DNA from: Bacillota bacterium
GTDB lineage: Bacteria > Bacillota > Clostridia > Christensenellales > CAG-138
Direction of reading: 5' to 3'
NCBI GenBank assembly: GCA_023458355.1
Contig: JAEWZS010000082.1
Span: forward strand, 1-46,385
DNA length: 46,385 nt
A program made the translations under genes and the position numbers. The notes under the pieces were generated by a model. It did no database searches. It saw only the letters and a program-made list of their open reading frames with translations, and was not told where the DNA came from. Every line of letters begins with the position of its first letter. Within the stretch, counting starts at the first letter, position 1. This document shows positions 37,154 to 45,339 of the stretch, piece after piece.

Positions 37154-37201
37154 ACAGCAATTTAAACAAAATATTCTCTTGACAGAGAAAAACGCCTTTT
37201 T

Positions 37202-38485
37202 TTACACCAGCAAACGGACGCGGAAAGAGCCGTTTTCTACTTTGTACAGAAGCTCGCCATCGTATTTCTTTGCAAACGCAATGACGCTTTTACTGCCTAA
37301 GCCGTGTCCATCCTCAAAAGCGACGGGATAGCCGGTTTCATCAAAAGCGATTCCTTGCGCGCAGGGGTTTTCTATTCCCAAAAGCAAGCGCCCCATATTG
37401 CGGCAAACAAAATGGATGATCGGCTTGCCGTCCGATAGCTTCAAGCAAGCTTGGATCGCGTTTTCCAAAAGGTTTGATACCACCATGGAGAGCTCCAAAG
37501 AATCCACAGTCAATTCTTTTGGGATATCCAGTTCTATCTTTGTGGAAATGCCCGCCTGCTCCGCAAGCTTTACATAGTGGCAAACGGCGGCGTTGACGGC
37601 AAGGTTTTCGCAGTAGACCCTGCCGCTATGATGCGTCATTTGGTTTTGATTTTGCAGCAAAGCGGCGGCATCGCCGACCTTCCCTTGTTCCAAAAGCTCT
37701 AAAAGCACATTGTTGAAATGGCGGCGGTCGTGCGCGGCACGGCTGTTTTGCGCCGAAGCCTCCTCCATAAGATTTAGCCGTTCCGCCATGCTTCTTGCGG
37801 CCAATTGCAGATACTCCTGCTCCGCCTGCATCTTCCTTGTTTCCTCGCGCATGGCGTATTGCTTTGTTATGGTTTTGAGCGAATGGATGATGGAAATATA
37901 GATCGACAAGCCTAAAAGTATGAGAAACATAAGCGGCACATAGTGCTCGCTCAGCATATCCCGAATATCGCCTCCGAAAAGATACCTCAAAAAGCAAGCC
38001 AAAAGCGCGGCAACGGGCAGTATATAGATATGCCAATAATCCAGCACGTTTTTATACAGCTTTGATACCCGCTTGTAAAACACGGCAATGACGAAAGAAA
38101 AGAGAATCAAGCGCAAAAGTATATTGCCATAGACCGGCCACGGGAAAATATCGGAAAATATATAGCTTAAAAACACCACCACGATAAAGATGTTCAGCAT
38201 GGTAATATAGCTGAAGCACCATTGCATGATCTTATCGGCAAAAAGAGGCTTGAGGGCGATCCCGATCACCAAGTTCATGGCAAGGTCAACATAAAATACG
38301 GCGGTATAGTTCTCCGTCAGATAAAAAAAGTAATTCGCGCCGACGTTCCCCACCAGTATGACGGCTGTCGCAAAAACATACACAAGCTTGTTTTTGTATT
38401 TTGGTGTTGCCATGACGGAGATCAAGAGTATGAGCATGACATCGGTGATGACAGAGCGCAAAACGTTTGGGAAAAGTAAGTTCAT
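37202..38485 (-). CDS. Sensor histidine kinase, AgrC/ComD-like (HPK10, GHKL ATPase), polytopic N-terminus
   Basis: About 6-7 N-terminal TM helices. The H-box is AAHDRRHFNNVL, the N-box VVSNLLENAIQA and the G-box GHGLGSKSV. The ATG overlaps the stop of the response-regulator gene (ATGA, 38482-38485). Confidence 0.85.
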   Translation of the reverse strand: MNLLFPNVLRSVITDVMLILLISVMATPKYKNKLVYVFATAVILVGNVGANYFFYLTENYTAVFYVDLAMNLVIGIALKPLFADKIMQWCFSYITMLNIFIVVVFLSYIFSDIFPWPVYGNILLRLILFSFVIAVFYKRVSKLYKNVLDYWHIYILPVAALLACFLRYLFGGDIRDMLSEHYVPLMFLILLGLSIYISIIHSLKTITKQYAMREETRKMQAEQEYLQLAARSMAERLNLMEEASAQNSRAAHDRRHFNNVLLELLEQGKVGDAAALLQNQNQMTHHSGRVYCENLAVNAAVCHYVKLAEQAGISTKIELDIPKELTVDSLELSMVVSNLLENAIQACLKLSDGKPIIHFVCRNMGRLLLGIENPCAQGIAFDETGYPVAFEDGHGLGSKSVIAFAKKYDGELLYKVENGSFRVRLLV

Positions 38486-39219
38486 GCCCGCGCCTCCTTT
38501 GCCATCAGATAGTCCATATACGCATCGCGCACCGCAGGGTATTGCTTGGCCGCAATGGGAACGACCTTCCCGCCGCGCAAAGTAAAGCTATCCTTTGTAA
38601 AGTGTTCCACCCGCCGCATATTGATAAGATACGAGGTGTGGCATTGCAAAATATACGCGGCCTTTTGTAGGGGCAAGCTATAGTCCGCAAAGCTTTCCCG
38701 TATGGTGCGGCTTATTACCTCCTCACCGTCGGCCATGGTGAAAATGACGGCATGATTGCGATACTCGCAGCAAAGGATATCCGAAAGCTTGAGCACTCTC
38801 AAGCTCTCAGCGGTTTTAGCGGTAAAGGTCTGCGCCTCGGACAAGTCTATTTTCGAGATGGCAAAAGCGAGGGTAGAAAACAATTGCTGTTTATCGACGG
38901 GCTTGATCAAGTAGTTGACGGGGCTTGCGGCGTAGGCCTGCAAAGCAAATTGAGGCTCTGTGGTGGCGTATATGATCTGCGCCTCGCGGTCGAAGCGGCG
39001 AATTTCTTTGCCAAGCTCGATGCCGCTGACCATGGGCATGACGATATCCAATATGTAAAGATGAAAGCTTTCGGTTTGGCAGGCTTCAAGAAGCTTGTCA
39101 GGGTGGGAAAACTGCTTAAGCTCCGCGTCCAAGCCGCACGATTTTATATATTCGCCCGCCATCGCTTCTAAAACGGCAAGCTCATTAGGCATATCATCAC
39201 AAATGGCAATACGGAGCAT
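38482..39219 (-). CDS. LytTR-family response regulator (AgrA-like)
   Basis: Receiver domain MLRIAICDDMP ... LYILDIVMP, then a C-terminal LytTR DNA-binding domain (CHTSYLINMRRVEHF ... GGKVVPIAAKQYPAVRDAY). The start was taken at the ATG at 39219, 9 nt after GGAAAGG. Confidence 0.85.
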   Translation of the reverse strand: MLRIAICDDMPNELAVLEAMAGEYIKSCGLDAELKQFSHPDKLLEACQTESFHLYILDIVMPMVSGIELGKEIRRFDREAQIIYATTEPQFALQAYAASPVNYLIKPVDKQQLFSTLAFAISKIDLSEAQTFTAKTAESLRVLKLSDILCCEYRNHAVIFTMADGEEVISRTIRESFADYSLPLQKAAYILQCHTSYLINMRRVEHFTKDSFTLRGGKVVPIAAKQYPAVRDAYMDYLMAKEARA

Positions 39220-39251
39220 GACAGGCATCCTTTCCGTAAGATGTTTTGAAA

Positions 39252-39280
39252 ATTCTACCACGCGCCGCGAAACTTGTCGA
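39252..39280 (-). promoter_or_regulatory. Sigma-A-type promoter candidate for the two-component operon
   Basis: On the minus strand: TCGACA, a 17-nt spacer, then TAGAAT preceded by TGG (extended -10). It lies ~30 nt upstream of the RBS. Confidence 0.4.
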
Positions 39281-39462
39281 GTTAAGAGACGGCTGCGCGC
39301 CGAGCAGAAAAAGGCAACACGCTAAACGGCAAGCAATGCGAGTGTCAATACACTCGCTAATTTTCTGCGTTTTGTCTTGCGGCAAAACTGCAAAAAATCG
39401 TGCTTGTTGGGGCTAGCCCAAAACCCTTGCGACCTCAGGCCAACTTGGCCAGAAGTGAAGTC

Positions 39463-39500
39463 AATAAAAAACAAGCGCATCATCCTTTCGGATAACACGC
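39463..39500 (-). terminator. Rho-independent terminator downstream of the aro operon
   Basis: Minus-strand RNA: GCGUGUUAUCC-GAAA-GGAUGAUGCGC (11 bp including G-U pairs, GNRA loop), followed by UUGUUUUUUAUU. Confidence 0.65.
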
Positions 39501-39588
39501 CCGCTTCTTAGTCATCCTGCTTGGCAGCTCCCCGTATTGTTCGTGCTGTCTTATGGAGGACTACCTCAGGTCACTTTTTTGAAACGAG

Positions 39589-40344
39589 CTATTCCCCACA
39601 ATAATCAATGAGCATCTGCATCGCGTCCGGCGTATCCGGATCAATTATTAAATCCGCAGCGTTTAAATACGTCTCGCGGCGCTCGTAATACAATTTTTCA
39701 ATATCCGCCTTGCCGTGCTTTAAAAGCGGTCTGCCGGAGATATCCTGTTTATATAGCTCCTCAAGGGACTTGTCGAGGAATACGATGCGGCCGCTGCCCT
39801 TCATCACATCAAAGTTACCGGGGATAGTAAGTATCCCGCCGCCGGTTGCCACGATGCTGTATCCGCGTATAGCAGCGCGTTTTGCCATGATTGCCTCAAG
39901 CCGACGAAACTCCTGTTCACCATGCTCAAAGAATATCTCCGGAATGCTTTTCCCTGCCTCGGTTTCGACCATCTCATCAGTATCTAAAATATTTTTGCTG
40001 ACGAGATGCGCAACTTTCCTGGCGATTTTAGATTTGCCGGAGCCGGGCATACCCACAAAATACACATTGAGCGCGCGCCGCTGTTCCCTTTTGGACGCAC
40101 GGAGCACACTAAGCATGATCGACTGCATATAATCGAGGTTCTCGGGATTTTCTACATGCTGCTTGTAAAGCTCAAACAGCTCACGCTCGCGTGCAGGGTC
40201 GTAAACGGGCAATCCGTTTTCGCGTTTGATCCCGCCCATGTTACGCACCAACTCCATGCGTTTTTCCACAAGTGATATCATATCCGCGTCGATTTTTTCA
40301 ATCTCCTGCCGAAGTTCCTTCATGAAGCATAAACCCCGTTCCAT
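39589..40344 (-). CDS. aroK: Bifunctional chorismate mutase (AroQ-type) / shikimate kinase
   Basis: The N-terminal AroQ helix bundle is LRQEIEKIDADMISLVEKRMELVRNMGGIKRENGLPVYDPARERE. The shikimate kinase P-loop NVYFVGMPGSGKSKIARKVA and LDTDEMVE follow. The ATG at 40344 shares one nt with the aroC TGA. An alternative ATG is at 40323. Confidence 0.8.
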   Translation of the reverse strand: MERGLCFMKELRQEIEKIDADMISLVEKRMELVRNMGGIKRENGLPVYDPARERELFELYKQHVENPENLDYMQSIMLSVLRASKREQRRALNVYFVGMPGSGKSKIARKVAHLVSKNILDTDEMVETEAGKSIPEIFFEHGEQEFRRLEAIMAKRAAIRGYSIVATGGGILTIPGNFDVMKGSGRIVFLDKSLEELYKQDISGRPLLKHGKADIEKLYYERRETYLNAADLIIDPDTPDAMQMLIDYCGE

Positions 40345-41414
40345 CAACTACCTCCAAATGCGTCCAAGAGGGCAAGGCAAACAGCGGCTTCCACCGCAAT
40401 AAGCCCCCTTGGCAAAATACAGGCGTCATGCCTGCCCACATGGCGTAAAGTTTCTATTTCCATCGTAGTCAGGTTCACACTTTGCTGCGCTTTTGCTATG
40501 GTCGGGACGGGCCTAAACGCCGTGCGGACGATGAGAGGCATTCCGTTTGCCATACCGCCGTTGATGCCGCCGCTATGGTTCGTAAGCGTTTTCACCGTAT
40601 CGTTTTCAACATAAAATCCGTCATTTACTTCGCTCCCCTTAGCTTTAGAAAATGCGAAGCCCGCGCCAAACTCCACACCTTTCACGGCGGGCACGCTAAA
40701 CAAAAGCGAAGCGATTGAGCTTTCAAGCGACTGAAAAAAAGGCTCGCCAAGGCCTACAGGAAGCCCCACTGCAGCACATTCTGCAGCGCAGCCCAAAGAG
40801 TCATTATCCTCACGTGCTAAAGTAAGCGCATGCTCCATTTTTTCGCGTATATCGCTATTGAGTAGAGGAAAGTAAGGGTCAAGTGCAGTTAACTGCGCCG
40901 CATTCACATATATGGGGTCAAAATTCTCGTCTGATACGCCACCGATCATAAGCACATGTGCTTTGACGGTAACGCCCTTATCTATAAGGTATTGACGCGC
41001 CACCGCTCCTGAAAAAACAAGAGGAAGCGTCATGCGACCGGAGAACATGCCGCCCCCGCGCGGATCGTTAAAGCCATTGTATTTTGTTGATGCAGCATAA
41101 TCCGCATGAGAAGGACGAGGTACTTGCGGGTAAGGGTATTCTTCCTGTCGCGCATCGATATTTTTAAATACGGCGCAAATCGGCGTGCCGTCCGTATATC
41201 CGTTATATACACCCGAAAGAAGCTCATAGCGATCAGGCTCTTTTCGCGCTGTACTCGGTTTATCCGCACGGGGTGCTCGGCGGCTCAACTCTTCGTCGAT
41301 TGCGCTAAAGTCAAGCTTAAGCCCGGGTTTTATATTGTCGAGTACACAGCCTAAGGCCGCGCCGTGCGACGTGCCGAACAAGGTAAGCTTAATGCGATTC
41401 CCCCATGTGTTCAT
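40344..41414 (-). CDS. aroC: Chorismate synthase
   Basis: MNTWGNRIKLTLFGTSHGAALGCVLDNIKPGL, RPSHADY and GRHDACI motifs. Confidence 0.9.
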   Translation of the reverse strand: MNTWGNRIKLTLFGTSHGAALGCVLDNIKPGLKLDFSAIDEELSRRAPRADKPSTARKEPDRYELLSGVYNGYTDGTPICAVFKNIDARQEEYPYPQVPRPSHADYAASTKYNGFNDPRGGGMFSGRMTLPLVFSGAVARQYLIDKGVTVKAHVLMIGGVSDENFDPIYVNAAQLTALDPYFPLLNSDIREKMEHALTLAREDNDSLGCAAECAAVGLPVGLGEPFFQSLESSIASLLFSVPAVKGVEFGAGFAFSKAKGSEVNDGFYVENDTVKTLTNHSGGINGGMANGMPLIVRTAFRPVPTIAKAQQSVNLTTMEIETLRHVGRHDACILPRGLIAVEAAVCLALLDAFGGS

Positions 41415-41432
41415 TTTACACCCCCAAATTGG

Positions 41433-42548
41433 TCAATCCGTGCCGCCCAATGCTTTAAGCGTTTCAAAAAAGCGCGGTGCGCTTTTTTTAACGGATTCGC
41501 TTCCCGTTAACCTTACCGGTTCATCGCAGATAGCCGCGGCAATAGAAAGCGCCATCGCTACACGGTGATCGTTGTGTGAATCCGCCTTGCCGCCCTTCAA
41601 GTGCCCCGTACCGCGCACAAGCAGACTGTCGTCCTCTTCCTCTAAATCCGCACCAAGCTTACTTAGCTCATTCGCCATAACGCTTAAACGGTCACTTTCC
41701 TTAAAGCGGAGCCTGCGCCCGCCCGTTATGCGCGTTACACCGGCTTTCGCGCAGGCGTTGACGGCAAGTGCCGGGAACACGTCAGGCATATCGCTAATAT
41801 CAATCTCATCCATATCAAGCGCATGTAAGACCTGCCTGTCACCCTGCAGTGAATTATAATTGAGGCCGTTGAGTTTCACATTTCCGCCTAAGCGGTTTGC
41901 AACGAGGAAGTTTGAAGCATACGTCCAATCCCCCTCTACATATAAATCGGTAGTTTTGTAGCTTTGGTTGCCCTTAATAAAAAAACCGTCGTCGCAAACC
42001 TCGGTAAAAACCTGAAATTGTGCCATGATATCGCGCGTCAGCTCCACATACGGGCGGGACTGCAGCTTTCCTTTCACATGCAAAAAACTGTCGCCTTCTA
42101 AAAGCGGCAAGGCAAAAAGCAGCCCCGATACAAACTGGGAACTGACGTCGCCGCGTATGTAATATTCACCCGGCATAAGATCGCCTGTGACGATGATCTC
42201 ATTCCCGTTTCTATATAGCTTTGCATCGAGCGACTCAGAATATGGCTCAATGGGACGTCCGACAAGGCTTCCTCCCATCAAAAACCGTCCTCCGCCATAC
42301 AGCAGTGAAAGCGGTATCAAAAGCCGCATCGTCGTTGCGCTCTCCCCTGCGTCCATAACCCTGCCAGCTTTTAGCGCAGTAAGGCAGCGCTTCGTGGCTG
42401 TTATATCTTCGCAATCTAAAACATGCTCAACGCGGCTGTTGCCTTCCGCCAAAAAAGCACAGATGAGTGCCCTGTGTGAAACGCTTTTGGACGGTATAGC
42501 ATCCGTTTCACCACGAAGCGGTCTATTGTAAATAATGCGCTCTATCAT
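41433..42548 (-). CDS. aroA: 3-phosphoshikimate 1-carboxyvinyltransferase (EPSP synthase), unusually compact (371 aa)
   Basis: Motifs: PSKSVSHRALI (Lys22 region), GESATTMRLL, DVSSQFVSGLL, LQGD, RFKESDRL and NDHRVAMA. The gene sits between aroB and aroC. There is a 4-nt overlap with the aroB stop. Confidence 0.8.
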   Translation of the reverse strand: MIERIIYNRPLRGETDAIPSKSVSHRALICAFLAEGNSRVEHVLDCEDITATKRCLTALKAGRVMDAGESATTMRLLIPLSLLYGGGRFLMGGSLVGRPIEPYSESLDAKLYRNGNEIIVTGDLMPGEYYIRGDVSSQFVSGLLFALPLLEGDSFLHVKGKLQSRPYVELTRDIMAQFQVFTEVCDDGFFIKGNQSYKTTDLYVEGDWTYASNFLVANRLGGNVKLNGLNYNSLQGDRQVLHALDMDEIDISDMPDVFPALAVNACAKAGVTRITGGRRLRFKESDRLSVMANELSKLGADLEEEDDSLLVRGTGHLKGGKADSHNDHRVAMALSIAAAICDEPVRLTGSESVKKSAPRFFETLKALGGTD

Positions 42549-43573
42549 AGACCAAGCTCCTCGCGCTTAAGCTTTTGCCGCACTGCGGTGCCGATTTTAT
42601 CTAAGAGCACTGCATCTATCATGTCGCCCTCGTTTTTTTTGTCGTACACGAGGTTTTTATAAACATCCTGTTTATTGCCATCGTACTTCACGGGCAGGTT
42701 GTAGGATTGAAGAAGTGCCGTAAGCCGTGCCGCGGTGCCGTTTTGCGTAATGCCTAGCTTTTCGCCCGTTTTCGTTATGGCGATCATGCCGATAGATACG
42801 GCTTCGCCGTGCCGCAAGGTATAGCCTGATGCGCTTTCCACCGCATGGCCCACGGTATGTCCGAAGTTTAAAAGCCTTCTTTCACCTCGATCAAACTCGT
42901 CAGCTTCAACGAGGGCGGCTTTAACTTGAAGCGCCATAAATATGGCTTCCTCGTCGCTCATATCGTCGTGCTCAAGACGGGAAAAAGCATCCGCTTCGCC
43001 TATGGCGGCACATTTAATCACTTCCGCATAGCCTGCACGGTATTCTCGCTTCGGGAGCGTCGTTACATAATCCGTATCGCAAATCACCAGACGCGGCTGA
43101 GAAAACGTGCCCACAAGGTTTTTTACATAAGGCAAATTGACCGCCGTTTTACCGCCGATCGAGCTATCTGCCATCGCAAGAATTGTCGTGGGCACCATAA
43201 CCAAAGGCAGGCCGCGCATGTACGTGGATGCGGCAAAGCCCGCCATATCCCCCACCACACCGCCGCCGAATGCGAGAACTACGTCCGTGCGGCTAAGCTC
43301 CCGCTTTGCCATTTCGGCATAGACTTTCATAAGCGTTTCGTGGTTTTTGTGTACCTCTCCTGCCGGAAATGCATGCATATATGCCGTTAAGCCCGCAATT
43401 CGAAGCAACTCTACAAGCGCGTTGCCGTGCAAATTAAGTACCGTTTCATCCATGACAACGAAAATTCGCGCGCCTTCAAAGCGCAGCCTAAGCTGCGCGG
43501 GAAGCTCTTGCATAATGCCGCTTCCCACGAGCACGTCATATGGCGTTGACGTATGTACCGTGAGCTGTTTCAC
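42545..43573 (-). CDS. aroB: 3-dehydroquinate synthase
   Basis: GGGVVGDMAGFAASTYMRGLPLVMVPTTILAMADSSIGGKTAVN and the HTVGHAVE metal site. The ATG overlaps the stop of the PPIase gene (43570-43573). Confidence 0.9.
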   Translation of the reverse strand: MKQLTVHTSTPYDVLVGSGIMQELPAQLRLRFEGARIFVVMDETVLNLHGNALVELLRIAGLTAYMHAFPAGEVHKNHETLMKVYAEMAKRELSRTDVVLAFGGGVVGDMAGFAASTYMRGLPLVMVPTTILAMADSSIGGKTAVNLPYVKNLVGTFSQPRLVICDTDYVTTLPKREYRAGYAEVIKCAAIGEADAFSRLEHDDMSDEEAIFMALQVKAALVEADEFDRGERRLLNFGHTVGHAVESASGYTLRHGEAVSIGMIAITKTGEKLGITQNGTAARLTALLQSYNLPVKYDGNKQDVYKNLVYDKKNEGDMIDAVLLDKIGTAVRQKLKREELGL

Positions 43574-44073
43574 GCTTTTTGAGGTGCCTCAAACGGAGGT
43601 TCATTTTCAAGTGTAATTTTATCGATTCGCACGTCAGCCTTGGGGCGGTCGGAATAATCGGTCGCAGCGGAAGCGATTTCATCCACGACCTCGATGCCCT
43701 CTACAACATGCCCGAAGGCAGCGTATTGACCGTCCAGATGCGGTGCATCCGCATGCATAATGAAAAACTGCGAGCCTGCGGAATCCTTATGTTGGGAGCG
43801 CGCCATGGAGATAACGCCGCGCTTATGAACGATTTTGTTCTCAACGCCGTTTGCCGTAAACTCGCCCTTAATTGAATAACCGGGTCCGCCCATACCGGAG
43901 CCTTGGGGGCAGCCGCCCTGTATCATGAAGCCCTTTATGACACGGTGAAACGTGAGCCCATTGTAATAACCGTTTTGCGCGAGGGTAAGGAAATTGTTGA
44001 CCGTATTGGGTGCTGAGGACCTGTCGAGCTCAAGTTTAATCTTCTTTCCGTTTTCCATTTCGATGATGACCAT
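43570..44073 (-). CDS. ppiB: Cyclophilin-type peptidyl-prolyl cis-trans isomerase
   Basis: FHRVIKGFMIQGGCPQGSGMGGPGY and GSQFFI motifs; 167 aa. Confidence 0.9.
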   Translation of the reverse strand: MVIIEMENGKKIKLELDRSSAPNTVNNFLTLAQNGYYNGLTFHRVIKGFMIQGGCPQGSGMGGPGYSIKGEFTANGVENKIVHKRGVISMARSQHKDSAGSQFFIMHADAPHLDGQYAAFGHVVEGIEVVDEIASAATDYSDRPKADVRIDKITLENEPPFEAPQKA

Positions 44074-44093
44074 ATTCTTCTCCTTACAGTTTA

Positions 44094-45305
44094 TTAATAA
44101 ATAAAGTTAATGGCGAGCGCGCCGTATACGTTAAATAGAATGCCCATGAGCGCGATGAACTTCTCATGTCGTTTTAGCTCCCATGCACCGTCCGCTATAA
44201 TATAAAGAAGCGCGTACGGCAGCATGTCCACGGTATAGCGTGCCCCAAACTGCCAGCCGCCCAAGGTTTTATGCGCACATAAAAGAACTATGTTAAGCGC
44301 TGTTGCAATAAGTAAAGAAATCTTAAAAGCGCTCATGCGCTTTTTTATACTGTCCTTCACAATGCGGATGAACATGAGTAAAAATAAGGGATTGGCGATA
44401 TAGAACATGAAACCGTCGAAATAGGTGAAACGAAGCCGCATGTCTACACTTAGCGTTACCGGGCGGAAAAACAGGTGAAATAGGTTTTGCGGCACATAGG
44501 AAAGCGAGAACTGACCCTCGGGCGATTCCAAAAATTCTATTAAATAGTTGTGCCCAAACTCGAGCGGGTTTTGGAAACGGATATAGTTGTACCACATGTA
44601 TGTGAAGGCGATAAAAGCCGGAATAATGAGACATTTGACCTGTTGCAGCGCGGTTTTTATAAAGTCCTTACCCGCTGACTTGTCGAACGAGTAAAAATAC
44701 ACAAACAACGGCAAAAACGCTACAACAGAAAACGGCCTACACCCAACCGCAAGTGCAGCAAGCGCATAGGCAAGCACACGCCTGCCCATAAGGGCTGCGT
44801 ACGCCATCCATGTGAGCAAAAGCAAATTGAGCGATTGTGCCTGAAACCATACCCCACCGTTTGTGCTCATCCAAAGCATGTTGCTGCCTAATACGTAGAA
44901 AAGTGCTAAGAAGCCGGACGACGCTGGGCTTGTACCTTGAAAGCGCAAAATCTTATAGGCGAGCGTTACGGTCAGCATGGCGTAAACGACCATCACAAGG
45001 TTATTGGGCGTATTCGCGCCAAACAAAAACGTGAGCGGCAGCATCACTACAGAGGGGAGCGGCGGGAAGGAAACAAACCAGTCGCCGTTATAAAAAGCAA
45101 GTTCGAGCCATTCGTAGTTTTGCCCCAAGCCTGCGCTGCCCTCTCGCCATGCAAGCGCCTGCAGCGTATAGCTATCCCAATCGGAATGCGCAAAAAAAGT
45201 ACCGCCCAACAGATCGTGCAGCAGTATGTAGCCAAACAGCATGAGAAGAAGCGTAAATAAAAGCTCAATCTCAAATTCATGCTTTTTCTTCAAAGGTATT
45301 TCCAT
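44094..45305 (-). CDS. Polytopic membrane protein, GT-C-fold glycosyltransferase-like (ArnT/PMT-like); function uncertain
   Basis: About 10-12 predicted TM helices. An acidic/aromatic motif sits in the first external loop (HSDWDSYTLQALAW ... YNGDWFVSFPPLPS). The assignment is by architecture only. Confidence 0.5.
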   Translation of the reverse strand: MEIPLKKKHEFEIELLFTLLLMLFGYILLHDLLGGTFFAHSDWDSYTLQALAWREGSAGLGQNYEWLELAFYNGDWFVSFPPLPSVVMLPLTFLFGANTPNNLVMVVYAMLTVTLAYKILRFQGTSPASSGFLALFYVLGSNMLWMSTNGGVWFQAQSLNLLLLTWMAYAALMGRRVLAYALAALAVGCRPFSVVAFLPLFVYFYSFDKSAGKDFIKTALQQVKCLIIPAFIAFTYMWYNYIRFQNPLEFGHNYLIEFLESPEGQFSLSYVPQNLFHLFFRPVTLSVDMRLRFTYFDGFMFYIANPLFLLMFIRIVKDSIKKRMSAFKISLLIATALNIVLLCAHKTLGGWQFGARYTVDMLPYALLYIIADGAWELKRHEKFIALMGILFNVYGALAINFIY

Positions 45306-45339
45306 GCCCTTATTCTACCACACGCGCTCAATTTGGCAA

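Noticed and set aside
39197-39385. A 62-aa Cys-containing ORF upstream of the response regulator, considered as a possible AgrD-like pheromone precursor
   Set aside because: It overlaps the response-regulator start and its candidate promoter. It has no RBS and no AgrD-like amphipathic leader or cyclisation motif context, and no agrB partner is present.
39400-39590. Possible SRP (4.5S/scRNA) or 6S RNA gene, based on the GCUGCCAAGCAGGAUGAC-like string on the minus strand
   Set aside because: The hallmark SRP domain IV elements (the GGAA tetraloop context with AGCA/GGAA symmetric loop partners) could not be found. The segment is better explained as a 3' UTR plus the aro terminator. It is kept only as a low-interest structured region.
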